Source: a virus
Taxonomy: Duplodnaviria; Caudoviricetes
Length of the DNA: 64,000 bases
Strand: one strand, 5' to 3'
Virus record (IMG/VR): IMGVR_UViG_2721756095_000004
Coordinates: 1 to 64,000 of that record
Shown: piece by piece, positions 1-8,881 of the stretch
How the letters are laid out: every line of letters begins with the position of its first letter
How positions within the stretch are numbered: position 1 is the first letter of the stretch
Position numbers and translations under genes: made by a program
The notes under the pieces: generated by a model
What the model saw: only the letters and a program-made list of their open reading frames with translations
What the model was told of the DNA's origin: nothing
Databases searched by the model: none

Positions 1-3000
1 TCACGAAATAGCGACAAATCTCGCCTCCGATGGCACGCCCTGGTTGTTCACGACAAAGAGCATGTAAAACCCCGGTGGGGCAATATTGCCATTGGCTGGG
101 GCGGCGGTTTCCAGGGTGGTTGCCGTGCGCGAGTTGATGGGCAGCTTGATGTAGCGCTGCCCCGCGTCGGTATGGTGCGTGACGGAAATGGGTGCAATCA
201 GCGCGACGCTGCCAATATTTGCTGCCTGCGGCGTTTCGACCGAGAAAGTAGTGCCATAGGTCACGCTGGGCGGTGCGGTCGAAATGATAGGACGTGCCCC
301 TAGGCTCAGGTAGCCGGGCGAATACAACTCCAGGGTGTGCTGATCGGGATCAGCCGTGCCGGGCGCGACTCCTCCGGCGGCAAGAATCCTGCCGTCAGGC
401 AGGAGAATACATACCGAATGATACTGGCGCGGGAAGTTCAGGGAAGCGCCGGGTGTCCATTCATCCGTATCCGGGTTGTAGGTTTCGACCGGAAGCACGG
501 GCGTGGGGGACCATTTTTGACCATTGCTGTGGCCGCCAATGATGAGTATCCGGCCGGTGGGTAGTACCACCGCGTTGACATTGGTTCGTCCGAAATTCAT
601 GTCGGCGATGCGCCGCCAGGACGATCCTCCCACGCCGCCGCTGAATTCGATCACTTCGGCGGTAGCATTGTTGCGCGCCGTGGCCGGGCCGGATACGCCG
701 CCGCCGAAGATGTACAGGCGGGTTCGCTCCGGTGAGGCAGTCGTGTCGATTGTGAGCAGGCTCATGCCCTCCTGCCGGTCGTAGAATTGCTCCTGCCCAT
801 AATCGGTCCAGCTGCCGCTAGTTGGCCCGCTCAAAGTCAGGTAAGCAGTTTGCGTTCCTGTCGCGCCCGCCCAGCCTGCGCGGGTGTAGAAGATTTCTCC
901 TGATGGCAACAGGTGTAGCCCGGGATAAAGCTCCTCAAAGGTCCGATCCACTCCTGTTACCGGCGCCCAGCTTGTGCCGTCGTAGACCTCGACTTCCGCC
1001 GCAATGGGATGGCCACCGGAAAAAGCCAACACGCGTCCATCGCTCAGGCTGACCGCCGTCGGGTACCAGCGGGCATGAGCCATGCTGGCCGTGGCCGAGA
1101 ATGCACCGGCATCCGGATTGGTCGTGTCCGGCGTGAAGATGAAGCAGCGGTTATTGGTGTGCCCCGCGCCGTTGGTATCGCCGCCTACCACCAGCAGGCG
1201 GCCGTCCGGCAGGAATATGTGGCCGGAACAGAAAAAATCTTCCGGAAGGGTAATGACACTCGGCATGATCTGTCTCGTTGTCGGGTCCCAGATGCGGCCT
1301 TCCAGGGGATAGTTTCTTTCCGCCGCTCCGGAAAAGAGCAGTACGTGGCCGGTATGCAGCAGCGCGCCATGAACCGTGAAGATGGGTGAGGGGTCAAGCA
1401 GTTCCCAGGAGTCCTCGCCATCGGCCCCGCAAGGGTGATGACCCACCTCGGGGCATTCGTGCATGCGCACATTGGGCAGCTGATAGCAGATCCGCTTCAC
1501 CTCATCCTCGCTCAACTCCACTTCCTGGATGGCGCGCAATATCGCCGCCATGCCTTCCATCATGTGCATCTCGACGTGGCAGTGAATCAGGAAATCGCCC
1601 TGCAACTGGTATCTTTTGCATTCTCTCTGCCGATCCGGATAAGCGCTGTCGCATTCCCCGGAATGCTCATGCGAATGTTCGTGCTGGCCTCCGGAATGGG
1701 GAGATGGGTCGGATGCCTCCGATTCGAAACGGGAAGGGTGGGCATGGGTGTGTGCCCCGGCTCCTGCCGCATTCGCAGCACCGAGACGAGCCGGTTGGGC
1801 ACGGCCTCCCTGCTGATTCCCCTCTTCTTCCGCGCCATGCTCGGGTTCATGGCCGGGCCCGTTCTGGCCATTCTCACGCGGCTTGCAGCAGCAATCCAGT
1901 GGAAGGGGTTCGAGAATGACGCGCGGCACGATCGTGTCTGCGACGAAGGATTCAGCAGGGCCGAGCGAGCGAGTGTCAACCCACTCCGTCCCCCAACGCC
2001 AGCGCTGCCCGTGCAGATGGAAATTGTGCCATACCATGCTCATGTCCAGGTTGAACACATACCAGCGTATGCGCTTGCCAGACTCGGCGACGATTGTGGG
2101 TGTATTCCCCACGAAGGTGCGGCCGTTGATGGCATAGGACTCCAGCCCCGCTCCCGCACGCTCGGTCACGGTATGCGGTTGGTTGCCTGCATGGTTCCAG
2201 GTGACCTCCGCCCCTACTCCCACCGTAACGTCATCCAGTTCAAAACGGGCGGGTGTGTCGAGGATATTGATGGTTGCTGTGAGGGGGCCTGTCGCCGTGA
2301 CACGCACTCGTCCCTGCATTGGATGAAAACGGCAGTAGTATTCAAACGTGCCTTCCTCATTAAAGGTGTGTGCAAAGGTATCGCCGGGGTTGAGGGTATC
2401 GCTGTCGAAGGCTGCTTCAGCAATATCGACATTCGCGGTAAGGCGATGGAAGAAAATGGGAACTTCGAGGTCCACCTTCTCGCAATGGGGATCACGGACG
2501 ATAATGCCGCCGAATAGCCCACGCTTGACGACCTCCTCGATATGCATATGGTGGTCGTGAAAAGGCCAGCAGCCAATCGTATCTTCCCTGGCATCGAAGA
2601 TATAGCACCACTGCTCACCGGGGCAAATGGCATCGCTGCGGTTGGGACCGTCATATTCCTGCACGCCAAAGGGCCACGATCCGTCCGAGTCGATGCCATA
2701 GTGCAGGCCATGGACGTGCAGGCTGTGCGGCTCGATGTCGCCGTTGAGCACATGCACGTAGAGCCTTTCGCCAGGCTGCGTGTAAATCACCGTTCCCGGA
2801 ATGCGCCGCTCCACCCGCGGCTCATTGGTATCGGCGGCAATGAGCGGATCGTCCTTGAGTATGGTATAGGCTCCATCGAGGTATTCCCGGTAGACCAGGG
2901 CGTTGAGCGTGCGCCGATCCACCTCTGCCTGGGGAATGGTGGCATCCTCATGCCCCATGTTCCTCATGCAGTCGAGACGGTGCTTGTGATGTTCCGCATC

Positions 3001-3066
3001 GTCTGGCGCGACCGGGCTGTAATTGGGTATTTCCTCGATTTTTACGTATATGTGTCGCGTTTGCAT
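1..3066 (-). CDS. Multicopper oxidase (2-domain laccase type) + inserted cupredoxin + galactose oxidase-like kelch copper radical oxidase fusion
   Basis: MCO motifs HSLHVHG, WPFHDH, HNFHLHG, HCHVEMHMMEGM; blue-copper loop YYCRFHPM; AA5 motifs FCSGH, RWYPT, RQYHS, VTHH and a C-terminal PPGFYMLFVV (DUF1929-like) domain. Confidence 0.85.
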   Translation of the reverse strand: MQTRHIYVKIEEIPNYSPVAPDDAEHHKHRLDCMRNMGHEDATIPQAEVDRRTLNALVYREYLDGAYTILKDDPLIAADTNEPRVERRIPGTVIYTQPGERLYVHVLNGDIEPHSLHVHGLHYGIDSDGSWPFGVQEYDGPNRSDAICPGEQWCYIFDAREDTIGCWPFHDHHMHIEEVVKRGLFGGIIVRDPHCEKVDLEVPIFFHRLTANVDIAEAAFDSDTLNPGDTFAHTFNEEGTFEYYCRFHPMQGRVRVTATGPLTATINILDTPARFELDDVTVGVGAEVTWNHAGNQPHTVTERAGAGLESYAINGRTFVGNTPTIVAESGKRIRWYVFNLDMSMVWHNFHLHGQRWRWGTEWVDTRSLGPAESFVADTIVPRVILEPLPLDCCCKPRENGQNGPGHEPEHGAEEEGNQQGGRAQPARLGAANAAGAGAHTHAHPSRFESEASDPSPHSGGQHEHSHEHSGECDSAYPDRQRECKRYQLQGDFLIHCHVEMHMMEGMAAILRAIQEVELSEDEVKRICYQLPNVRMHECPEVGHHPCGADGEDSWELLDPSPIFTVHGALLHTGHVLLFSGAAERNYPLEGRIWDPTTRQIMPSVITLPEDFFCSGHIFLPDGRLLVVGGDTNGAGHTNNRCFIFTPDTTNPDAGAFSATASMAHARWYPTAVSLSDGRVLAFSGGHPIAAEVEVYDGTSWAPVTGVDRTFEELYPGLHLLPSGEIFYTRAGWAGATGTQTAYLTLSGPTSGSWTDYGQEQFYDRQEGMSLLTIDTTASPERTRLYIFGGGVSGPATARNNATAEVIEFSGGVGGSSWRRIADMNFGRTNVNAVVLPTGRILIIGGHSNGQKWSPTPVLPVETYNPDTDEWTPGASLNFPRQYHSVCILLPDGRILAAGGVAPGTADPDQHTLELYSPGYLSLGARPIISTAPPSVTYGTTFSVETPQAANIGSVALIAPISVTHHTDAGQRYIKLPINSRTATTLETAAPANGNIAPPGFYMLFVVNNQGVPSEARFVAIS

Positions 3067-3252
3067 GGTCCCTGTCTCCTGTTCGTTCGACCATAACCTG
3101 ATGCTTCATGATTAAAAATAGCGGGAATTCAAGGGAATGCAAGGAGAAACAATTCAAGTGAGAAATAGCAGGAACAGGGGATGGGAAATTTTCGCGAACG
3201 CGAAATCAATTTTTTTACTTAAGTCTTCCCCTTAGCCCCTTAGCCGGCGGCC

Positions 3253-3687
3253 ATGAAGGCCGGCAATCTCGAACGAGTCGTCCGCCTCTATACGCAATCG
3301 CTCAATCGGGCGACCGACAACTATCGCTCGTTCATCGCGGCTTGGTCATCGCTGGAGATCCTAGTCGGCAAGATCTTTCCTGTCTACCACCAGCTTCTCG
3401 CAGCGGAACTGCAGAAGGTGAGCCAAGCCCCCGGCCTCCACGCGTACCTTGACCGCATCATGTTAGTGATGGGAGGAAAGCACAATCTAGCAGACAAGTT
3501 CTCGGTAATTTCGATGTTTCTCGATGACGAGCGTAACCCCGAAGAGATAAAGACCTTTCGTAAGCTGAAAAACGTTCGTGATCACTTGTCCCATGGCAAA
3601 GAGCTGCCCGAAGATAGTTTGCCCACGACAGAGGTGCAGAGATTATTTGACAAGTACCTCCGGAATCATTTGCGTCATGGCGCGTAA
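3253..3687 (+). CDS. HEPN-like domain protein, probably an N-terminally truncated remnant
   Basis: 144 aa; AWSSLEIL helix and Rx4H motif RDHLSH typical of HEPN/ApeA-like C-terminal domains; no clear RBS. Confidence 0.45.
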   Translation: MKAGNLERVVRLYTQSLNRATDNYRSFIAAWSSLEILVGKIFPVYHQLLAAELQKVSQAPGLHAYLDRIMLVMGGKHNLADKFSVISMFLDDERNPEEIKTFRKLKNVRDHLSHGKELPEDSLPTTEVQRLFDKYLRNHLRHGA

Positions 3688-3800
3688 GGGCTTTTATCGA
3701 GCGGGCTCGGCAGAAGTCTTGAGCAGTAGCCAATCTTGACCTTCAACCTTTTTTTTGCCAGAGGTAGCTGCAATGTTTTCTGACTTAGTGCCCCTTCAGT

Positions 3801-3805
3801 GCCCA
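3801..3805. repeat. Left 5-bp target-site duplication GCCCA
   Basis: GCCCA immediately precedes TG at 3806 and recurs at 41717-41721 immediately after CA. Confidence 0.92.
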
Positions 3806-3967
3806 TGTGGGGGGGTGTTCAGTTTGAGACATTAAGAGAGAAGAAAAAAAAGCGCGAAAACCGCACAGATTAAGGATTTAGGCGGATTTTAAGGCGCTTT
3901 CGTCATTTGAGACAAAATAAGAAAAAACGATAAGAAAATGGTGACTTTTGCGATTTATTTGGAACTA
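3806..3967 (+). repeat. Left end (attL) with transposase-binding repeats
   Basis: TTTGAGAC at 3823-3830 and 3906-3913, degenerate TTTGGAAC at 3958-3965; same motif inverted at the right end. Confidence 0.7.
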
Positions 3968-3988
3968 CTCTGATAAATCAGTAGTGAC

Positions 3989-4741
3989 TTACATTCGTCG
4001 CCCAGCCCATACCACCCTTCCCACTACGTTCAGCGTGGAGGCCCTCGATGAGTCCAGTACCTCATCTGAGTACTGCTTGTTGTCGTTCATAACCACCATT
4101 GTGTCATCCAGTTTTCGGTGAATACGCTTGCAACGCAAGTCGCCGTTGTGCGCCAGCACATAAACTGCATCATTTTCAACCCGCCCACTATGTGTATCAA
4201 CCAGAACCATATCGCCGCTCGATAGCGTGGGTATCATGTTGTCGCCCTTTACGCTAATTAATGCCAGGTCTCGGGGCGCCACACCCAGGTTGTGTTTAAC
4301 CCAATCTGCCTTGAATGCCCAGTGGTCCAGGATCTGATCAGAATGAACAGCAGGACCACCGCCGGCGCGCGCGTGTAGGTCATGTCGCGGCACCTGGACA
4401 AACTCTTCCAGGTGGGGATGTTTGAAATCATCGGCTCGGCGACCATAACGAACGCGAGACCCATCCTTCTCATCACGCACTATCGGCGCGTTACCAGGCG
4501 CTTTTTCTGGAGCTTTTTCAGTAAGTTTATCAATAACTTGTTTCGGTACTAAAAAGAATTTAACCCCTTCCTTTGCACCCTTTCCAGGCCGGTTAATTTG
4601 GGGCCACCCTTCCCGAGCCGCCGTTTTATAAATTCCAGCCCGTGTCGTCGGTAGTCCAGGAACCTTTAGCTCCGCAAGCTTTGTTGCGGAGTAATACGTT
4701 CCCTCCTTGCTCACAATCATCCCTCGCTCGCTTTCCATCAT
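3989..4741 (-). CDS. Prophage repressor: Mu-type DNA-binding domain + S24 peptidase-like domain (start uncertain, 4720-4783)
   Basis: N-term YSATKLAELKVPGLPTTRAGI..AAREGW resembles the N-terminus of the transposase in this window; C-term VKGDNMIPTL..GDMVLVD..KRI..VVGRVVW; divergent from ner. Confidence 0.88.
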   Translation of the reverse strand: MMESERGMIVSKEGTYYSATKLAELKVPGLPTTRAGIYKTAAREGWPQINRPGKGAKEGVKFFLVPKQVIDKLTEKAPEKAPGNAPIVRDEKDGSRVRYGRRADDFKHPHLEEFVQVPRHDLHARAGGGPAVHSDQILDHWAFKADWVKHNLGVAPRDLALISVKGDNMIPTLSSGDMVLVDTHSGRVENDAVYVLAHNGDLRCKRIHRKLDDTMVVMNDNKQYSDEVLDSSRASTLNVVGRVVWAGRRM

Positions 4742-4773
4742 ATCTCCACGCCGATCTTTTTCGCTTTCGCTCA

Positions 4774-4898
4774 TAACTGTCACCTAACTGTTACCAACTG
4801 TAAAATAAAAAGACGTACCTTTATTTGAGTATTTACTTCGTAAAAACAATAGCTTAGACAAATTCATGGCTGCACTAACTGTCACCATAACTGTTACC
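4774..4898. promoter_or_regulatory. Repressor operators / transposition enhancer with an intervening IHF site
   Basis: TAACTGTYACC at 4774, 4785, 4876, 4888; IHF-like AAACAAtagcTTA at 4844-4856, matching the Mu O1-IHF-O2 layout. Confidence 0.75.
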
Positions 4899-4911
4899 TG
4901 TAAATTATTTG

Positions 4912-4940
4912 TTGACAGCTATACAGAGTCGGTTTACAGT
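4912..4940 (+). promoter_or_regulatory. Early promoter Pe (sigma70)
   Basis: TTGACA-17 bp-TACAGT upstream of ner. Confidence 0.75.
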
Positions 4941-4974
4941 TCGATTCATGTATATAAACAAATCAACGTTAAAC

Positions 4975-5319
4975 ATGACAAAAAAACCAGCCTCGAAAGA
5001 CTGGCAGCGCTGGCGAATCATCGGCGCGGTTCGCGAAACCGGCACCAACCTGCAGCAGCTCTCATTATCAATCGGCTATTGCCGCACAGCCCTCAGCAAT
5101 GCCCTTTACGGGCCCTGCCCAAAGTACGAGCGCCTGATCGCGGAGTATCTTGGCGTAACGCCTCAAATCATCTGGCCCAGCCGTTATCACGCCGATGGAA
5201 CACCGCGCAGTGGACGTGGAGAGCGCGGGCTGGGCCGTTTTAAAGCCAAGAACGTGAATGGTAGCACCGTTAAAAAAACGCGCAACGTATATGCGTTAAA
5301 CAAAGCGGGGGTAGCGTAA
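4975..5319 (+). CDS. ner: Ner-like DNA-binding protein
   Basis: DW...IIGAVRETGTNLQQLS..E.LIA.YLGV.PQ.IWPSRY motif; position after Pe. Confidence 0.9.
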   Translation: MTKKPASKDWQRWRIIGAVRETGTNLQQLSLSIGYCRTALSNALYGPCPKYERLIAEYLGVTPQIIWPSRYHADGTPRSGRGERGLGRFKAKNVNGSTVKKTRNVYALNKAGVA

Positions 5320-5747
5320 TGCGCAAGCGCGACATCATTACCCAGGATATGTTCACGGTCCCTCAGCCAGCTCCCCGCTCGGCCGGGAGCTTAGCCTGCA
5401 GGGTAGAGATCGCGCACACCATGAGCGAAGCTCTGGACGGACACGACCGCTACGAAGTTTCTGCCACCATGAGCCGGTTGCTCGGCCGCGACATCAGCAA
5501 GCACATGCTGGACGCCTATACCGCTGAATCGCGGGAAGACCACATTCCACCCCTGGATACCGCCATTGCCTTCGACATGGCGACCAGCGACATATCACTA
5601 CTCAATCTCTACGCATCCAAACTCGGCGCGCGAGTATCCGTTGGTAAGGACGCCTTAAATGCGGAGCTTGGCAAGCTCGAAAACATGCGCGACGAAGTGG
5701 TCAAGCAAATTAAGCGCCTTAAAAAGGTAATGGGAGAGCGGCCGTGA
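5319..5747 (+). CDS. Mu-like phage early hypothetical protein
   Basis: 142-aa ORF translationally coupled between ner and transposase. Confidence 0.75.
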   Translation: MRKRDIITQDMFTVPQPAPRSAGSLACRVEIAHTMSEALDGHDRYEVSATMSRLLGRDISKHMLDAYTAESREDHIPPLDTAIAFDMATSDISLLNLYASKLGARVSVGKDALNAELGKLENMRDEVVKQIKRLKKVMGERP

Positions 5748-7837
5748 GCGCGCTCAAAAGCCATTACTCATGTGCCGAATTGGCAGCAATGAGGTTGACC
5801 GGATTCCCTTCCACCAAAAAAGGTTGGATCGAGTTGGTGTCACGTCAAAAATGGCAGAAACAAGAGCGCGTGGGACGTGGCGGCGGATTTGAATACCAAG
5901 TACCTTCAAAGGTGCTCACGCGAATAAAAGAAGAGGCTGTGCAGGCTCTGGTTAAAGCCGTGCCAATCGATCAGCTGCAGCCGGATACTGATGTAGCGCA
6001 GTTAGAAAGTGTTAAACCTGCCGAGTTGAAGGACTGGCAGCGGAAGACTGCCCAGGCCCGGGCTGCAATTTGCGCCGAAGTGCGCCGTCTGGCCGAGGTC
6101 GGCGGCACGGAGCGAGCCATTCGTTCTGTGCTCGATCTGGCCGCACGCGGCAGCCTGGCGCCGCATTTGCAGCGCCTCGTACCCATTGCCAACGCGAAAG
6201 CCGGAACAGACCGCGCATTGTCACGCGGCACCCTTTATCGCTGGCTTAACGATGCCCAAGGAGGTTGGGCGGAGCTTGCCCCGAAATCCCGCGAATCTAT
6301 CGAAGTGCCCGTCTGGGCACCCTATCTCTTGAAGCTGTACCAGCAGCCACAAAAGCCAAGCCTCGCTTACTGCATAGAACAGCTCCCTTCAATACTTCCA
6401 TCTGCAATCACGCCGCCCTCCTACCACGCCGCCAATCGGTTTCTGAAAAAGATGAGCAAGGTGGACGTGCAGCGCGGGCGCATGGGAAGTCGTGAAATTA
6501 AATCCATTCGGCCGTTTGTGCGACGCGACACAGCTCAAATGTGGCCAACTGATGCATATACCGCAGATGGTCACACCTTCGATGGAGAGGTGGCTCATCC
6601 GGCTCATGGTAAGGCGTTTCGTCCTGAAATCACGACAGTGATAGACATCGCCACACGTCGTGCGGTTGGCTGGTCGGCCGGGTTGGCAGAATCCACTTGG
6701 GCAGTACTGGATGCCCTACGCCATGCTTGCGAAACAGGCGGTATTCCCTCCATTTTCTATGTCGATAACGGTTCTGGTTATCGCAATGCTGCCATGTCCG
6801 ACGCCGCAACCGGTTTCATGGAACGGTTGAGCATCACGCTTACCCATAGTCTCCCTTACAACTCCCAGGCTCGAGGTGTTATCGAGCGCGCGCATCAGAC
6901 AATCTGGGTACGCGGCGCAAAATCTTTGCCGACCTACATGGGCGCGGCAATGGATCGCCAGGCGAAACAGGCTGCTTACAAGATCACTCGTGCTGACATC
7001 AAAACCAGCGGCACCTCCAGACTACTCATGGGCTGGAACGACTTCACCAGTTGGTGCCAGCAGCAGGTCGATGACTATAACGGCCGGCCGCACCGGGCCC
7101 TACTAAAGGTGCGTGACGAAGGCGGCAAGCTGCGCCATCAGACACCTAACGAAGCCTGGGCGCAAGCAATAGCGGAAGGCTGGAAGTCCGTACCAGTTTT
7201 GGCGCATGAGGCCGAGGATCTCTTCCGCCCCTACAAGGAAGCCAAGGTCAGCCGAGCAGAAATACGCATGTTCGGCAACCTTTACTTCCACCAGGATCTG
7301 GACCCCTACCACGGCGAGATGGTCCGCGTCGGATACGACATCCACGACGCCAGCCGGGTGTGGGTCCGTGACCAGGAAGGCCGCATGATCTGTGTGGCTG
7401 AGTTCGAAGCCAACAAGCGCAATTACTTTCCGACGTCTTTCCTGGAACAAGCCGCCCAGAAACGAGCAGAAGGCCGCATCAAACGTGCGCAGGTCAAGAT
7501 CGAGGAAGCTGAGGCCGAACTCAACCCACCCCAGATGCTGGAATACCAGCCTGCAGTTGAGTTGGCTCCGATGCGAATTGAATACCCCAGAGAGGAGCAG
7601 GAAAGGCAGTCGGATAAGCCAGGCGTGGAAGTCGCCGAAACCGCTGTAGCCAGCGTCGTCAACCTGCCTAAGCGTCGCCCTATGTTCAGTACCGATGCAG
7701 CTAAATACCGCTGGCTGATGACCAACGCCGAACAGATTAACGCAACAGATGAAGGATGGCTGGACTGGTATCGGTCCACCCCCGAATGGGAAGACATCTT
7801 TTCGGGAACGGAAGATGAAGAGGTGACCGTACGGTAG
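5744..7837 (+). CDS. MuA-like DDE transposase
   Basis: YTADGH, YVDNGSG, ARGVIER catalytic motifs; N-terminal Mu DNA-binding domain; VGYDIHDAS.VWV C-terminal domain. Confidence 0.95.
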   Translation: MSALKSHYSCAELAAMRLTGFPSTKKGWIELVSRQKWQKQERVGRGGGFEYQVPSKVLTRIKEEAVQALVKAVPIDQLQPDTDVAQLESVKPAELKDWQRKTAQARAAICAEVRRLAEVGGTERAIRSVLDLAARGSLAPHLQRLVPIANAKAGTDRALSRGTLYRWLNDAQGGWAELAPKSRESIEVPVWAPYLLKLYQQPQKPSLAYCIEQLPSILPSAITPPSYHAANRFLKKMSKVDVQRGRMGSREIKSIRPFVRRDTAQMWPTDAYTADGHTFDGEVAHPAHGKAFRPEITTVIDIATRRAVGWSAGLAESTWAVLDALRHACETGGIPSIFYVDNGSGYRNAAMSDAATGFMERLSITLTHSLPYNSQARGVIERAHQTIWVRGAKSLPTYMGAAMDRQAKQAAYKITRADIKTSGTSRLLMGWNDFTSWCQQQVDDYNGRPHRALLKVRDEGGKLRHQTPNEAWAQAIAEGWKSVPVLAHEAEDLFRPYKEAKVSRAEIRMFGNLYFHQDLDPYHGEMVRVGYDIHDASRVWVRDQEGRMICVAEFEANKRNYFPTSFLEQAAQKRAEGRIKRAQVKIEEAEAELNPPQMLEYQPAVELAPMRIEYPREEQERQSDKPGVEVAETAVASVVNLPKRRPMFSTDAAKYRWLMTNAEQINATDEGWLDWYRSTPEWEDIFSGTEDEEVTVR

Positions 7838-7861
7838 TTGCAGCTACCGCACGGTCTTTTT
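7825..7861 (+). terminator. Hairpin + T-tract between A and B
   Basis: GACCGTACGGTAG-TTGCAG-CTACCGCACGGTC-TTTTT overlapping the transposase stop codon. Confidence 0.55.
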
Positions 7862-7892
7862 GACGCACTACAGCAAAAAGGAGTGTAGCACA

Positions 7893-8630
7893 GTGAAAAA
7901 TGTGTTTGTAAAAACCAGCAATTATGAGCGGTTCCGCACTGGCATTACAGCGGTCGAGGATCGTGGCGCAGCCGAGGCCAGCCTTATGCTGGTCACCGGC
8001 GAGGCCGGGTATGGAAAGAGCGAAACGGTTGACCATTGGGCTATACAGAGCGGCGCCGCATATCTGCGCGCTAAGGTGGAATGGACTCCCCGTTACTTCA
8101 TGACGGAACTGGCGGAGCATCTAAAGATCGATTCGCGCGGTCGTGCTAAGGATATCTTTGCGCGCATCTCCGGTTACATCGGCGTGCAGCAGACCCCGCT
8201 TGTGATCGACGAGGTCGAGCATTGTCTGCGTGACAACGCTCAGGTGCTGGAAGCGATCCGTGACCTTTCCGACCTGACTGAGGTGCTGGTCATTTTGGTC
8301 GGCATGGAGCAGGTCCAGGCAAAGATTGCGCGCCATGCCCAGATAAGCAGCCGTATTGCAAAAGTTGTGGAGTTCCAGCCTTCCACCATTGACGATGTGG
8401 CGCTTGCATGCCGGCAGTTGGCAGAGGTGGAAATCCTTCCGGAATTGATTGCCGAGATCCACAGGCAAAGCACTGGCCGCATGCGTGAAATCATGAATGC
8501 GATCGCAATTTGCGAGCGTACTGCGAAGCGCAACGGCATCGCCAAAATTGGCCTGCAGGAAATGGCCGGCCAAACCCTTACCCACGACTGGCAAGCACGC
8601 CGCCCCCGTGTCGTAAAGGCGGTGCGGTGA
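7893..8630 (+). CDS. MuB-like AAA+ transposition ATPase
   Basis: Walker A GEAGYGKS, Walker B LVIDE, ILVGM; AGGAG RBS before GTG 7893. Confidence 0.93.
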   Translation: MKNVFVKTSNYERFRTGITAVEDRGAAEASLMLVTGEAGYGKSETVDHWAIQSGAAYLRAKVEWTPRYFMTELAEHLKIDSRGRAKDIFARISGYIGVQQTPLVIDEVEHCLRDNAQVLEAIRDLSDLTEVLVILVGMEQVQAKIARHAQISSRIAKVVEFQPSTIDDVALACRQLAEVEILPELIAEIHRQSTGRMREIMNAIAICERTAKRNGIAKIGLQEMAGQTLTHDWQARRPRVVKAVR

Positions 8631-8881
8631 TGCAACTCCATCCCATAGATGAAAACGTTTTAGTTTTCCACGTGAGCGGGGAGCGTGGTGCTCACGGCGA
8701 CCTAATATTGAGCGTATGGCGATATGAAGATCTGGGAATGCGCACCGTTCAGTTGTCCTTTGTGATCGCCGGACGAGGTGCCATTGATGTGGAGCTCACT
8801 CCTGAAGGCGCGTTGAATTTCGCAGCAAGGCTGGATTCCCATGCGCGCACCATCATGGCTCTCAATGAGGAGAACCGTTAA
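8630..8881 (+). CDS. Hypothetical phage protein
   Basis: Start overlaps MuB stop; operon continuity. Confidence 0.55.
   Translation: MQLHPIDENVLVFHVSGERGAHGDLILSVWRYEDLGMRTVQLSFVIAGRGAIDVELTPEGALNFAARLDSHARTIMALNEENR

Noticed and set aside
1435-2517. 360-aa plus-strand ORF and the many other antisense or shadow ORFs (for example 54466-55203, 30530-31282, 32736-33473)
   Set aside because: They overlap well-supported genes on the other strand or frame and show no motifs; typical of GC-rich DNA
4774-4898. Short direct repeats as a CRISPR array
   Set aside because: 11-bp units with no unique regular spacers and no cas genes; operator context explains them
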